A stretch of DNA of 41,561 nucleotides. It comes from a bacterium (GTDB lineage: Bacteria > Patescibacteriota > Minisyncoccia > Minisyncoccales > PWPS01). A model generated the notes under the pieces. That model had not been told where the DNA came from. It saw nothing but the letters and a program-made list of their open reading frames with translations, and did not search any database. Position numbers and translations under genes: made by a program. Location: assembly GCA_018400895.1 (NCBI GenBank), contig JAGYLR010000001.1, forward strand, positions 1-41,561, read 5' to 3'. Positions 22,858 to 31,060 of the stretch are shown here, piece after piece (position 1 is the first letter of the stretch; each line of letters begins with the position of its first letter).

Positions 22858-24109
22858 TTATTTTGGATAAATTTTATATACATCCTCATCAATAGTTCCT
22901 TTAACAATTAAAGATTTATATACATTACGTTTTAATTTATCACGTCTATGTATAGTGTCCACAGACTTGTATATAATTCTTCAATGAAAATCATAAGAAT
23001 AGAATACCATTAATGGAAAAAACCAGGAGCTGATATCCTTCACTTGTAGAAGATTGTATAAATACTATTGCTTTATTTAGAGGATTCAGCTTCATCACAG
23101 AGAACTTTTTTATTCTGCAAGCACCATTTATCACAAATATATCTTTATTACTTATACTTTTCTTTAGGTGCTCAATCTCATTATTATACCTACAAACCAC
23201 TACTAGCTTATCATTCTCTATTAATTCCTTTAATCGATCAAACTTTTCTGACTTAAATTTGATCATCTGTATAGCCATCCTTAAGTGTAGCTCCACAAAT
23301 TTGAGGTGAGTCTGAATCAATCAGAACAATGCCTTCTTCATCTATATTCTTTATAGCTTCTTCCTGTTCCTCCTAGTTAAATCAAAGTATTCTGTTGAAA
23401 GATTTGCTCAGGCATTAATTCATCACTTAAAGCCTCTTCCATCGTAACTGTGTTGCCTAACTTAGAAACTAACACCCCCATAGCTTCTTTAATATTCTTT
23501 TTAGGTTGCCAGACTTTACGCATTCCAATTTTAAAACTATAAAAAAAACTTTGATTCAAATACCCATCTATTCCATGATGGTTTTCTTATCTTTACCTAA
23601 AAATAAAACCATAAGCTAATATATTTAAAGGACTAGATAAGTAGGGTGTAGCAGTAGCCAGATAAATATATCTGTGGATCAGCATATTCTATATAAGCAT
23701 AGAGTGTTTTAAACATCATAGAATCTTGCTTTAGGATTTAGGGCTGACCCCAGAGCTATAATGTATTTCATCATATATCAACCTTACTATTTCTCTGGTT
23801 TTTCTTCCGGCCATCACCCATTTCTAAATTCTTCCTTAGTCATTACAGTGGGCACCCTGCCAGTCTTTCTTATCAGGATACATATTTATAACATTGTCTT
23901 GCCACTGTTCCTTTAAAGACTTAGGACAAACTATTAAACATTTATAAATAGCTCCAGCTTGCTGTTGGTTTTTCTTAATAAGTTCCATAGCAGTCAGATT
24001 TTCCTTGTGCCACATTCCCAAGCCAACAACCACTTCTTAGGATTGAGGTTCATTATTAAGTTTTTTTGGTGTTTCCACAAGGTATATTGAGTCATCTTTT
24101 TGATTTCAT
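22858..24109 (-). CDS. SNF2/DEAD-like superfamily 2 helicase, frame-disrupted
   Basis: N-terminal fragment ..VVGLGM..(GKT-type P-loop region)..TAMELIKKNQQQAGAIYKCLIVCPKSLKEQWQDNVINMYPDK (ORF track 23836..24033) is a typical SNF2_N pattern (lIVcP.sl..nW..e). The C-terminal helicase-domain pieces are in ORF track 22991..23320 (KLVVVCRYNNEIEHLKKSI...IVFIQSSTSEGYQL) and ...LIVKGTIDEDVYKIYPK* (stop 22858-22860). Confidence 0.6.
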
Positions 24110-24163
24110 TGTATGAATATAAGCCTCTCAGAGCCTAATTCGCACAGGTTATTTTTGCTAATG

Positions 24164-24379
24164 TTAGCTAATTTCCCAATCAACAGTGATTGTGATCGTT
24201 TCTTCTTCATTTTCATATATTTTCTTCGTTATCATAAAACCTTCAACAGTTTCCTCTCCAAAGCCTAGAGAGTATAAACATTTCTCCCATATCTCGTGGA
24301 GCTTAGGTAAATCTAGGTCATCGTGTTCTGTTTTAAAGGTGTGGTAAGTTTCATTGTAGCTTGTAATTTTAATCTTCAT
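24164..24379 (-). CDS. Hypothetical protein (71 aa)
   Basis: Intact ORF from the track. No motif recognised. Confidence 0.5.
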   Translation of the reverse strand: MKIKITSYNETYHTFKTEHDDLDLPKLHEIWEKCLYSLGFGEETVEGFMITKKIYENEEETITITVDWEIS

Positions 24380-24380
24380 A

Positions 24381-24482
24381 TTAGTAATAAGTTATACATT
24401 GTTTCGCATATTTTTTTGCCTTTGTTTTGACTATTTTACCACCACACTTAGGGCAGATGTCTGAATTATTCTTGTATATCAT
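24381..24482 (-). CDS. Small zinc-ribbon-like protein (33 aa)
   Basis: Intact ORF MIYKNNSDICPKCGGKIVKTKAKKYAKQCITYY. It has a CxxC pair, and its stop abuts the next ATG (TAAT-ATG). Confidence 0.4.
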   Translation of the reverse strand: MIYKNNSDICPKCGGKIVKTKAKKYAKQCITYY

Positions 24483-24567
24483 TCTGTATAGGTTTTTCTT
24501 CCTGTTTTATTGGCTTTTCTTCTTTCTGTATAATACTTGTATAACTTCACAACCAGTTCTGCTTGTA

Positions 24568-25637
24568 TTATGGGTAAGTATTCTCTGTTAGTTCTATACC
24601 GATATATTGAAAGTCGCTCTCTTTATGGCTACAGAGAGTAGAACCTGAACTAGTAAAGGGTCTAAAACTATTCCACCTTTTAGGGGTTATCATAGTTATT
24701 AAATATTTCATCAATGAAGTGGGTTTGACCGTACAATGTTTGTTACCACCAATATCCTCACACCCTTTATTCCTTTCACTCTTACTTGCTTTTGCTTGGT
24801 AGATAATACTTTTAAAAAATCTGCTGGCATTGCCTGAGTCGTTGTATTCATTATCACTATTAGTTGTTCCACCGCCAAAACTTCCTATATTTTTAACTTG
24901 TCTTGGTTTACCTTTTACACTCTTACTCTCAGGAAAACACTCTCTTACTTCTTCGCTGTTGTCGTGGATTAGGTTGGCAGGGAAGCGACCGAGTTCATTA
25001 TCATTTTTTTGTTCTCTTGGTTTTAGAATAATCCATTTTGCTCTCATCACCAGGAGCAAATCCACTTGCTTCTTCCTGGTGCTTCTGACCAGCCGCTTTA
25101 TCGTCTTTATCTCTAAAAACCCTACTCTCATCTATATTTATTCCACCTGTTCCCCATTTAAGACAGTTCTCGGCTACTGTTAATCCTTTTTCTATTGGCT
25201 TTCTACAAAATGCCATTGGCTCGTGGCCTTGGCTTCATTCCTACATTTCCCCAACCCTCATAACCATTGGCAACCATTAAATCATTTTCTTATTTAATCG
25301 TTCACTCGTTCTTTTTTGCCTTTATTCCAAACATTACCCTTGCTCATTCCATTCCCATATACCCACTCAATCATATCTCTCACTTCAAATCCTGCGTCTT
25401 CAATAGCTACTGCCATTCTATGATAAGTTCTTGTTCCACTAAAAGATAAAAGATGTCCACCTGGTTTTAATACTCTAAGGCATTCAGCCCACATATCTTT
25501 ATTATAAGCTATACCAGAGTTATCCCATTTCTTACCCATAAAGCCAAGCTCATATGGAGGGTCATTACGATTAATACCAACACTATTCTCTGGTAAAGTT
25601 TTTAATACATCAAGGCAATCCCCTTGATAACAAACAT
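24568..25637 (-). CDS. DNA methyltransferase (N6-adenine/N4-cytosine, DPPY...FxGxG order), frame-disrupted
   Basis: CYQGDCLDVLKTLPENSVGINRNDPPYELGF (DPPY at 25552-25563) sits directly upstream, in frame, of ORF track 25294..25539. Further pieces are 25001..25216 and 24568..25131, the latter containing HCTVKPTSLMKYLI and PFTSSGSTL...YIGIEL (AdoMet-binding FxGxG). The start is ATGTTT(T)GTTAT at 25637. Confidence 0.7.
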
Positions 25638-25949
25638 TAGTTTACAGAGTATTTTTACTATATCAATACACTCATCATAGAATAAGTCGTATTTAAAAGC
25701 ACCTGTTCTTGCTCTTGTTTCATCTTTTAAGTCTTCTATCGCTTCTTTAATAATCTCTTTCTTTATAATAAAGTCTTTTAGCAACGCCGAATCCTTCTAA
25801 GCCTGGCTCGAAGGTAGGTATCTCTTTTTCTTGACAGGTTAATTGTTGTTCTTTTAAACTAGGATTGCAATTTCACAAATTTCACCAGTTAAGCCACATC
25901 TACAATTAGATATTATTTGTGGCATTTCTTTTCCTGTTGTGTCTTTCAT
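25602..25949 (-). CDS. Hypothetical protein, frame-disrupted
   Basis: ATG at 25949: MKDTTGKEMPQIISNCRCGLTGEICEIA, then KEQQLTCQEKEIPTFEPGLEGFG, then ORF track 25602..25784. Confidence 0.35.
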
Positions 25950-25950
25950 A

Positions 25951-26304
25951 TCACTTAGATGTTAATAATTGTAAAATATATATTTCAGGGACAATGTATA
26001 GCTGGAAAATAAGTTTAATAAAAAAAATTAAAAAGAAAGAATGATATAAAGCAAGCACGCTCCCAATAGTCACTGGGAACACTCTGTCCTCCCACTCATT
26101 ATACTCATCCCTTTCAACCCACGAGTGGGTTTTATACATAAAGATAGAGTAAGCAATTAAAACAATCAACGAAATGGCTATCCCAGCAAAGTTGGCAATT
26201 TTATAATATAAAACTGCTCTGTCAAATAAATCGCCTATGTAGACAATTCCATCTTCAACTGCCTGTTTTAAATCTGGCAAGATTTTAATTAGTTCGTCTT
26301 TCAT
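25951..26304 (-). CDS. Membrane protein (117 aa, 3 predicted TM segments)
   Basis: Intact ORF from the track. Hydrophobic stretches are FAGIAISLIVLIAYSIFMY, VFPVTIGSVLALYHSFFLIFFIKLIF and others. Confidence 0.55.
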   Translation of the reverse strand: MKDELIKILPDLKQAVEDGIVYIGDLFDRAVLYYKIANFAGIAISLIVLIAYSIFMYKTHSWVERDEYNEWEDRVFPVTIGSVLALYHSFFLIFFIKLIFQLYIVPEIYILQLLTSK

Positions 26305-26308
26305 ATTG

Positions 26309-26621
26309 TTAAAAATAATAAGTTAGTCCATTTTTCTTTACATTTTCATAGGTATCAAACTTTTTAGCTTCCCAAAAATTACATACTCTATACTGTTCTC
26401 AATTTCTTTTGTCTTTATTTTCTATTTCTTTATAATAGCCTTTATTTCTTTAACTGATTTTAGTTTTGATAATTTTTCCAGCAGTAGTTTGTCTCTCATC
26501 GCTCTAAGGGCTAATTCTTAGCACCCGCTAGTATGTCTGTTTCCATATACCGCTAATTTATCTGATGCCTTTTTATATCTAAACTAGCTGATTTGTTTTT
26601 TAATATACAAGTAATTAACAT
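26309..26621 (-). CDS. Hypothetical protein, frame-disrupted
   Basis: ATG at 26621. Fragments are YKKASDKLAVYGNRHTSG, LALRAMRDKLLLEKLSKLKSVKEIK and QYRVCNFWEAKKFDTYENVKKNGLTYYF*. Confidence 0.3.
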
Positions 26622-26649
26622 ATTATTTATTATTAATTAAGTTAGATTT

Positions 26650-26961
26650 TCAAAAGATGCTGATTACTTCTACAAAATCATCAATATATTCTTCGTCATA
26701 ATCTCCAACAAACGGAAACCATCCCTGGTTTTTCATCTCTACTGCAACTGGTTTTGATTTTCTTCTTCCGCCATTACCAGAAAACACTACAATATCCCCT
26801 TCATAAATCTCTTTGCCATTATCGTCTTTAAGACCTGTGTATTGACACCAATTCCTTAGGTTATAATTCTCTAATACTGGTTCTGGTTATTTATGTTGTT
26901 CTAATGTAAAATAAGTAACCAATTACCACCAGTATAAGCTCTTAAATTTAATGTTTTTCAT
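26650..26961 (-). CDS. YopX-family protein, frame-disrupted near the 5' end
   Basis: ATG at 26961 (MKNIKFKSLY...). Then one open frame of ~75 codons, LRNWCQYTGLKDDNGKEIYEGDIVVFSG...WFPFVGDYDEEYIDDFVEVISIF*. The qYTGLkDknGkeIYEGDIV signature is characteristic of YopX (from memory). Confidence 0.6.
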
Positions 26962-27188
26962 ACTACTTATTATTATCACTAAAAATATAAGGACTATCTA
27001 GGGAGGCATTTAACTATCTTTCTTAATACAGATACCTCAGCATCTATAAATCTTTTCTCCAGTTTCTATATCTGTAATTGTTATTGCCCCCAAGTTCTCA
27101 TTTCTTTCTAATTCTACTCTATGATTTTTAATGATAAATGTTTGATTTGTAAGCATATTTGTTTATTTATTATTTGTCTTATAAGTTT

Positions 27189-27338
27189 TTAATTGTTTTC
27201 TTCTGATATATATATTTTAAATAAGGCTTTGCATTTATCAAGGCAGAAAGAAAGTTTTGTATTTATTTTACCAATAGAGCCATCAAAGCGAGCCTCATCG
27301 TTTTTCCTGGTCCCTTGACTACGACATTTAATTTTCAT
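27189..27338 (-). CDS. Small Cys-containing protein (49 aa)
   Basis: Intact ORF MKIKCRSQGTRKNDEARFDGSIGKINTKLSFCLDKCKALFKIYISEENN. Confidence 0.35.
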   Translation of the reverse strand: MKIKCRSQGTRKNDEARFDGSIGKINTKLSFCLDKCKALFKIYISEENN

Positions 27339-27349
27339 ATTATAATAAT

Positions 27350-27472
27350 TTATGTATATGGTCTTATATCCTTAATAGTTGATTCTAAATCTTTATATAA
27401 AGGGAGATAGTTTCTATTCCCCTCTACAAGGTCATCTATAACTTTTTGTCGTGTTCTTTTCGTTGCCTTCAT
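27350..27472 (-). CDS. Small hypothetical protein (40 aa)
   Basis: Intact ORF MKATKRTRQKVIDDLVEGNRNYLPLYKDLESTIKDIRPYT, preceded by leader motif A. Confidence 0.4.
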   Translation of the reverse strand: MKATKRTRQKVIDDLVEGNRNYLPLYKDLESTIKDIRPYT

Positions 27473-27490
27473 ATTACTTTTTAGTTTGTT
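27473..27490 (-). promoter_or_regulatory. Leader motif A copy 1 (AACAAACTAAAAAGTAAT-ATG)
   Basis: Minus strand reads gcAACAAACTAAAAAGTAATATG, abutting the ATG at 27472. Confidence 0.6.
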
Positions 27491-27492
27491 GC

Positions 27493-27989
27493 TTATTTAA
27501 TATTTATCATTTCTATTTCCCAAGTGTCTTGTATTTTCATTACAACACTACCAAACGCTGGTGATTTTCCTTTCTTCCCTAAACCACTTTGAAAGTTTGA
27601 GGCACCATTAGATAAATATCTTTCCACCACCCACTGAATTATGAAATCTCATAGTTGTTATAAACTCTATTTGGGAATAATATATATATCTCATTTTTAG
27701 CAACCTGATAAGTTTCCCAAGCCTTTTTTATAAATTCGTGTTTAATTGTAAATGAAGTTAATCCATACATATCCTTTATATTTAGTCCAGTCTTGTTTTA
27801 GACCGCCCGTTTCAATAGTATCATAATTTAATACTCCAAATTCTTCTGCTTTTCTTTAGTGGTAGCTGATCATAATCAAAATAACCAAACCTATTAACAA
27901 ACTCTTTTTGGAGTGTAATATTCATTGTCTTTTGTAAATTGAACTTAGGATTTTGCCATATATTGTACTAACCTGCCATAGTCTTCATA
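27493..27989 (-). CDS. Phage Dam-type DNA N6-adenine methyltransferase-like protein, frame-disrupted
   Basis: ATG at 27989 with leader motif A. Fragments are DNEYYTPK, RFGYFDYD, ATTKEK..EEFGVLNYDTIETGGLKQDWTKYKGYVWIN, FTIKHEFIKKAWETYQVAKNEIYILFP, HNSVGGGKIFI and KGKSPAFGSVVMKIQDTWEIEMINIK*. The pattern (YYTP ... D(P)A ... GL..W ... W.N ...) resembles the phage Dam family. No intact NPPY/F is visible in the raw sequence. Confidence 0.45.
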
Positions 27990-28008
27990 TTACTTTTTAG
28001 TTTGTTAA
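27990..28008 (-). promoter_or_regulatory. Leader motif A copy 2
   Basis: Minus strand reads cttAACAAACTAAAAAGTAATATG, abutting the ATG at 27989 (Dam-like gene). Confidence 0.6.
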
Positions 28009-28025
28009 GTATATTTTCAAGTTGT

Positions 28026-28273
28026 TTAAAACCATTCCTGAGTATAACCAACAACCCCAGCTTTAGAGCTTACTCTTCTATTTTCAATCGTTTTAGTATC
28101 TACAAAGAATCCAATATCTATTATTTTACTCTCCACCTCCCTAATAGTTTCTTCTCTTGTTTTGAGTTATAAGGTTGGAGATGCTGTTTAACATCATTCA
28201 CATAATAATCTGATAAGTGTTTTTCTTCTCCCCAAGCCCTCACAAATTTCTCCTGCCAAGTTTTAGTTTTCAT
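28026..28273 (-). CDS. Small hypothetical protein, frame-disrupted; paralogue of 29637..29842
   Basis: MKTKTWQEKFVRAWGEEKHLSDYYVNDVKQHLQPYNSKQE, then EETIREVESKIIDIGFFVDTKTIENRRVSSKAGVVGYTQEWF*. It shares ~40 nt of DNA (28136-28178) with 29739-29783. Confidence 0.35.
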
Positions 28274-28302
28274 ATTATTTAGCCCTAAGGGCTGTTAGTT
28301 AA

Positions 28303-28664
28303 TTATGTAATGAAATCTCCTTCTTCTTGATATTCTATCTGAAAAGTTGAAAGCGAAATAAAATTATCATCATTTTCCACTTCTTATCTCTATTCATCCA
28401 AGGGAAAATATGAAATATGTTTTACCATAGGAGTCTGTATTTGTCGGGACATAAGAAACCCAATGGTCGCCAAACCTAAATCAACTAAGCCATCACTTGA
28501 TAATTCCATATTCCTGAATAAAAGGATAGCCACCATCGTGCAACTCTTTCGTTCCATTAGACATTACTATTAGTCCACTTACTATTTGTCCGCTTAAGCT
28601 AATAATATTGTCAGGATTATGTCCGGTGTTTTATTAAATCTTTTTCTTTCTTGCTCTTGTTCAT
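28303..28664 (-). CDS. Hypothetical protein, frame-disrupted
   Basis: ATG at 28664 with leader motif A. Fragments are MNKSKKEKDLIK, PDNIISLSGQIVSGLIVMSNGTKELHDGGYPFIQEYGIIK and ...QEEGDFIT*. It is followed by hairpin AGCCC-TTA-GGGCT (28281-28293). Confidence 0.3.
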
Positions 28665-28682
28665 ATTACTTTTTAGTTTATT
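28665..28682 (-). promoter_or_regulatory. Leader motif A copy 3 (one substitution)
   Basis: Minus strand reads attAATAAACTAAAAAGTAATATG, abutting the ATG at 28664. Confidence 0.55.
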
Positions 28683-28819
28683 AATTGGTTTACAATATGT
28701 AGTATCACTGCTATCAAGACAACAAGACTTATAACCCTCTTTGTTAAGCATTCTTACTCTGCTCCTAATCTCATATCTCTTTAAAGGTCTTTTTTACATT
28801 TTGGGCAGATAAACTTCAT

Positions 28820-28838
28820 ATTACTTTTTTAGTTTGTT
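28820..28838 (-). promoter_or_regulatory. Leader motif A copy 4 (A6 run)
   Basis: Minus strand reads TAActtAACAAACTAAAAAAGTAATATG. The motif starts right after the stop of the methylase gene and abuts the ATG at 28819 of a ~45-codon Cys-rich ORF (MKFICPKCKK...). Confidence 0.6.
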
Positions 28839-28841
28839 AAG

Positions 28842-29535
28842 TTATTTAATAATTCTACAATTAACTCTTTTCTTTATAATGTCGCAGTATTCAGGTCTTT
28901 TCTATTCCTATAAAAATCTCTATTAAGATTTTTAGCTGAAAGCAATGTAGTCCCACTTCCTGTAAAAGGCTCAAATAATTTTAGCATCAGAAAACATAAT
29001 AAGAAATCGCTAACCATTTTCTGGGAATGCCCTTGTATGATTACCTTTGTTCCAACCGCTTTCCATTCATCTCTGCCAAATAAATCGTGATGATTTATAG
29101 CGTTAAAAGTTTTGTTTTTTCTGAATTAGCTAAACCAATAAACTCTTTCTGTCATTGGATAAAACCTTATTTTGTCAAAGCTGAGGACCCATTAAACCAA
29201 ACCAACTCTTGCTTAATTATAAAATCTGTCTTTAATAACCATTCATAAGGTGTACTTGAATGCCATTTTTAATTCTATTTTTATGATTATAAATTAAACT
29301 CTCTTGTGTCTTTAAGTATTCTATAGCATTCATTTAAAACTTCTATTTGCCATTTCTGATATTCTTGCTCTGGCAAGTTATCATCATAAGCCTTATGTCT
29401 TCTTGGTTACCAGTATGATGACCATTACCTAAATTATAAGGAGGGGATGTAAATTACAAAATTCCATATACTCTTATCTTCAAATCCTTTCATCAAATTC
29501 TTAAACAATCTCCCTGTAGCACACATTGTTTTCAT
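28842..29535 (-). CDS. DNA methyltransferase (N6_N4 type, SPPY...FxGxG), frame-disrupted
   Basis: ATG at 29535 with leader motif A. Fragments are FTSPPYNLGNGHHTGNQ (SPPY at 29436-29447), KAYDDNLPEQEYQKWQIEVLNECYRILKDT, HPYEWLLKTDFIIKQELVWFNG and EPFTGSGTTLLSAKNLNRDF..IEK. Confidence 0.65.
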
Positions 29536-29555
29536 ATTACTTTTTTTAGTTTGTT
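29536..29555 (-). promoter_or_regulatory. Leader motif A copy 5 (A7 run)
   Basis: Minus strand reads cttAACAAACTAAAAAAAGTAATATG, abutting the ATG at 29535 (methylase). Confidence 0.6.
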
Positions 29556-29636
29556 AAGTAATTCCTTTAATATATCTTCTAAAAACACTAACAGAGTGTT
29601 TTGATAACATTAAATTATTTATCAAGCCACCTGTTT

Positions 29637-29842
29637 TTATGGTTTGGTGAATCTGGCTTTTTTGTTTTCAATATCTAACTTCTCTCTATATTCATCTTTT
29701 ACTGTTTTCCAAGCTCTTAATTTGCTTGTTATATTACTCCGTCCCTAATAGTTTCTTCTCTCTTGTTTGGGTTATAAGGTCTTGTATTTGTTTGAGGAGA
29801 TAATGTTGCTGGGTCGTGCCAGTCTTTTTTCCAATTTTTCAT
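29637..29842 (-). CDS. Small hypothetical protein, frame-disrupted; paralogue of 28026..28273
   Basis: ATG at 29842 with leader motif B. MKNWKKDWHDPATLSPQTNTRPYNPNKREETIRDGV, then KLRAWKTVKDEYREKLDIENKKARFTKP. Confidence 0.35.
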
Positions 29843-29869
29843 ATATTTATTATTATCCCACTCTTTAGG
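29843..29869 (-). promoter_or_regulatory. Leader motif B copy 1 (CCTAAAGAGTGGGATAATAATAAATAT-ATG)
   Basis: It abuts the ATG at 29842 and contains an extended -10-like TGgGATAAT. Confidence 0.5.
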
Positions 29870-29887
29870 TTAGGTTATTATTCAAGC

Positions 29888-30387
29888 TTAAAATCCTAAT
29901 GCTCCTAAGAAACCATCTAAGTCTTTTTCTAATTACAATAGAGCCACCACGACCATAGAATTTGCACACTAGACCAATCATACTAGCGCTTTCAGTGAGC
30001 ATCACTAAGGTCAGCACCACGAAGGTTAGCATAAGGCATATATAGCACCACTGAAGTTATTAGCATAAGCAAGGTTAGCATCACGAAGGTCAGCATCACT
30101 AAGGTCAGCATCACTAAGGTCAGCATCACGAAGGTTAGCACCACGAAAGTCAGCACCACTAATATCAGCACCACTAAGGTTAGCTTCTTCTACTGCTTCT
30201 TTATAAGTTGTCCTTGTGCTTTGGAAAAATAGGGATCTCACTGATTCCCAACGATTTTTAATCGCTAAACCAACTACTTTTTCCTCTTTTTTGTTTCAGC
30301 TTCTGATGTATTTTTGACATCTTCAAGATTTTCTAATACCTGTTCACGTTTTATTAATGACATAGATTTTATTTTTAATTTTTTCAT
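29888..30387 (-). CDS. Pentapeptide-repeat protein, frame-disrupted
   Basis: ATG at 30387 ([34 protein letters not shown]). ORF track 30026..30241 gives [47 protein letters not shown], and the tail of 29992..30174 gives [12 protein letters not shown]. This is the classic A(D/N)LxX repeat, visible in the DNA as 15-nt tandem units. Confidence 0.7.
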
Positions 30388-30469
30388 ATATTTGTTTATT
30401 AACAAGGATTTAGTAAGACTGCCTTCGTTAGGGACACAACACGCTCTGGAACAGATGACCCAAAAGTCA

Positions 30470-31010
30470 TTTTGGTCTTACACTTTACTAATTCCCTTGT
30501 TAAGAAACAATATCACTTCCAAGCTCTAAGGATGGGGGTTAGTTTAATGTCTCCTTTATAATCTAATTTGATATGATTTATAGACCATTGGAATCCTGAT
30601 TGAGGAAATTCTTTTAGGTGTATCTATTAATATTATTTCTTTAATACCATAATTATTATCCGACATATCCCTCAACCGAGCCTTTAGTCCAATTATAGGG
30701 ATTTGTAGGACATAGAAATACTATATTTTACCTTCAGTTTATACAAATGATTTAAAAAATTTTCTAATTTGGCTAAAAAAGAAAGGGGTTAGTAATCGCC
30801 CAGCTCATAGGTGTCACCACAAATGTGAAGCCCTTTCCTTCCGCCTCCAACTCATACCAATCAGCTTTCATATATTTAAGAAATATCCCTATCACTCACT
30901 CGGTTCTAATAAATTTCCAAAGTATTAGGGTTTTAAAATAATCGATAATATATTTAGCTAAATAATCTGAGTATAAACTTTATCATTACCACCGCTAGGA
31001 TTTAACTTCA
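30470..31010 (-). CDS. Possible fourth methyltransferase-like protein, heavily frame-disrupted
   Basis: ATG at 31010 with leader motif B. Fragments are MKLNPSGGNDKVYT, YLAKYIIDYFK, MKADWYELEAEGKGFTFVVTPMSWAITNPF. This resembles G..FYTP...ilEP..G.G...D.IItNPPF, but NPPF is not intact (AITNPF). Weak call. Confidence 0.25.
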
Positions 31011-31036
31011 TATATTTATTATTATCCCACTTTAGG
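31011..31036 (-). promoter_or_regulatory. Leader motif B copy 2 (CCTAAAGTGGGATAATAATAAATAT-ATG)
   Basis: It abuts the ATG at 31010 and is identical to copy 1 except for one missing A. Confidence 0.5.
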
Positions 31037-31060
31037 TTGTGGGGTTATTAGTTTGTTAAC

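Noticed and set aside
29992-30174. ORF-track protein [21 protein letters not shown]... looking like a multi-pass membrane protein
   Set aside because: It is an off-frame reading of the 15-nt tandem units that encode the pentapeptide repeats. Only its last 16 residues (..[12 protein letters not shown]) are in the genuine frame.
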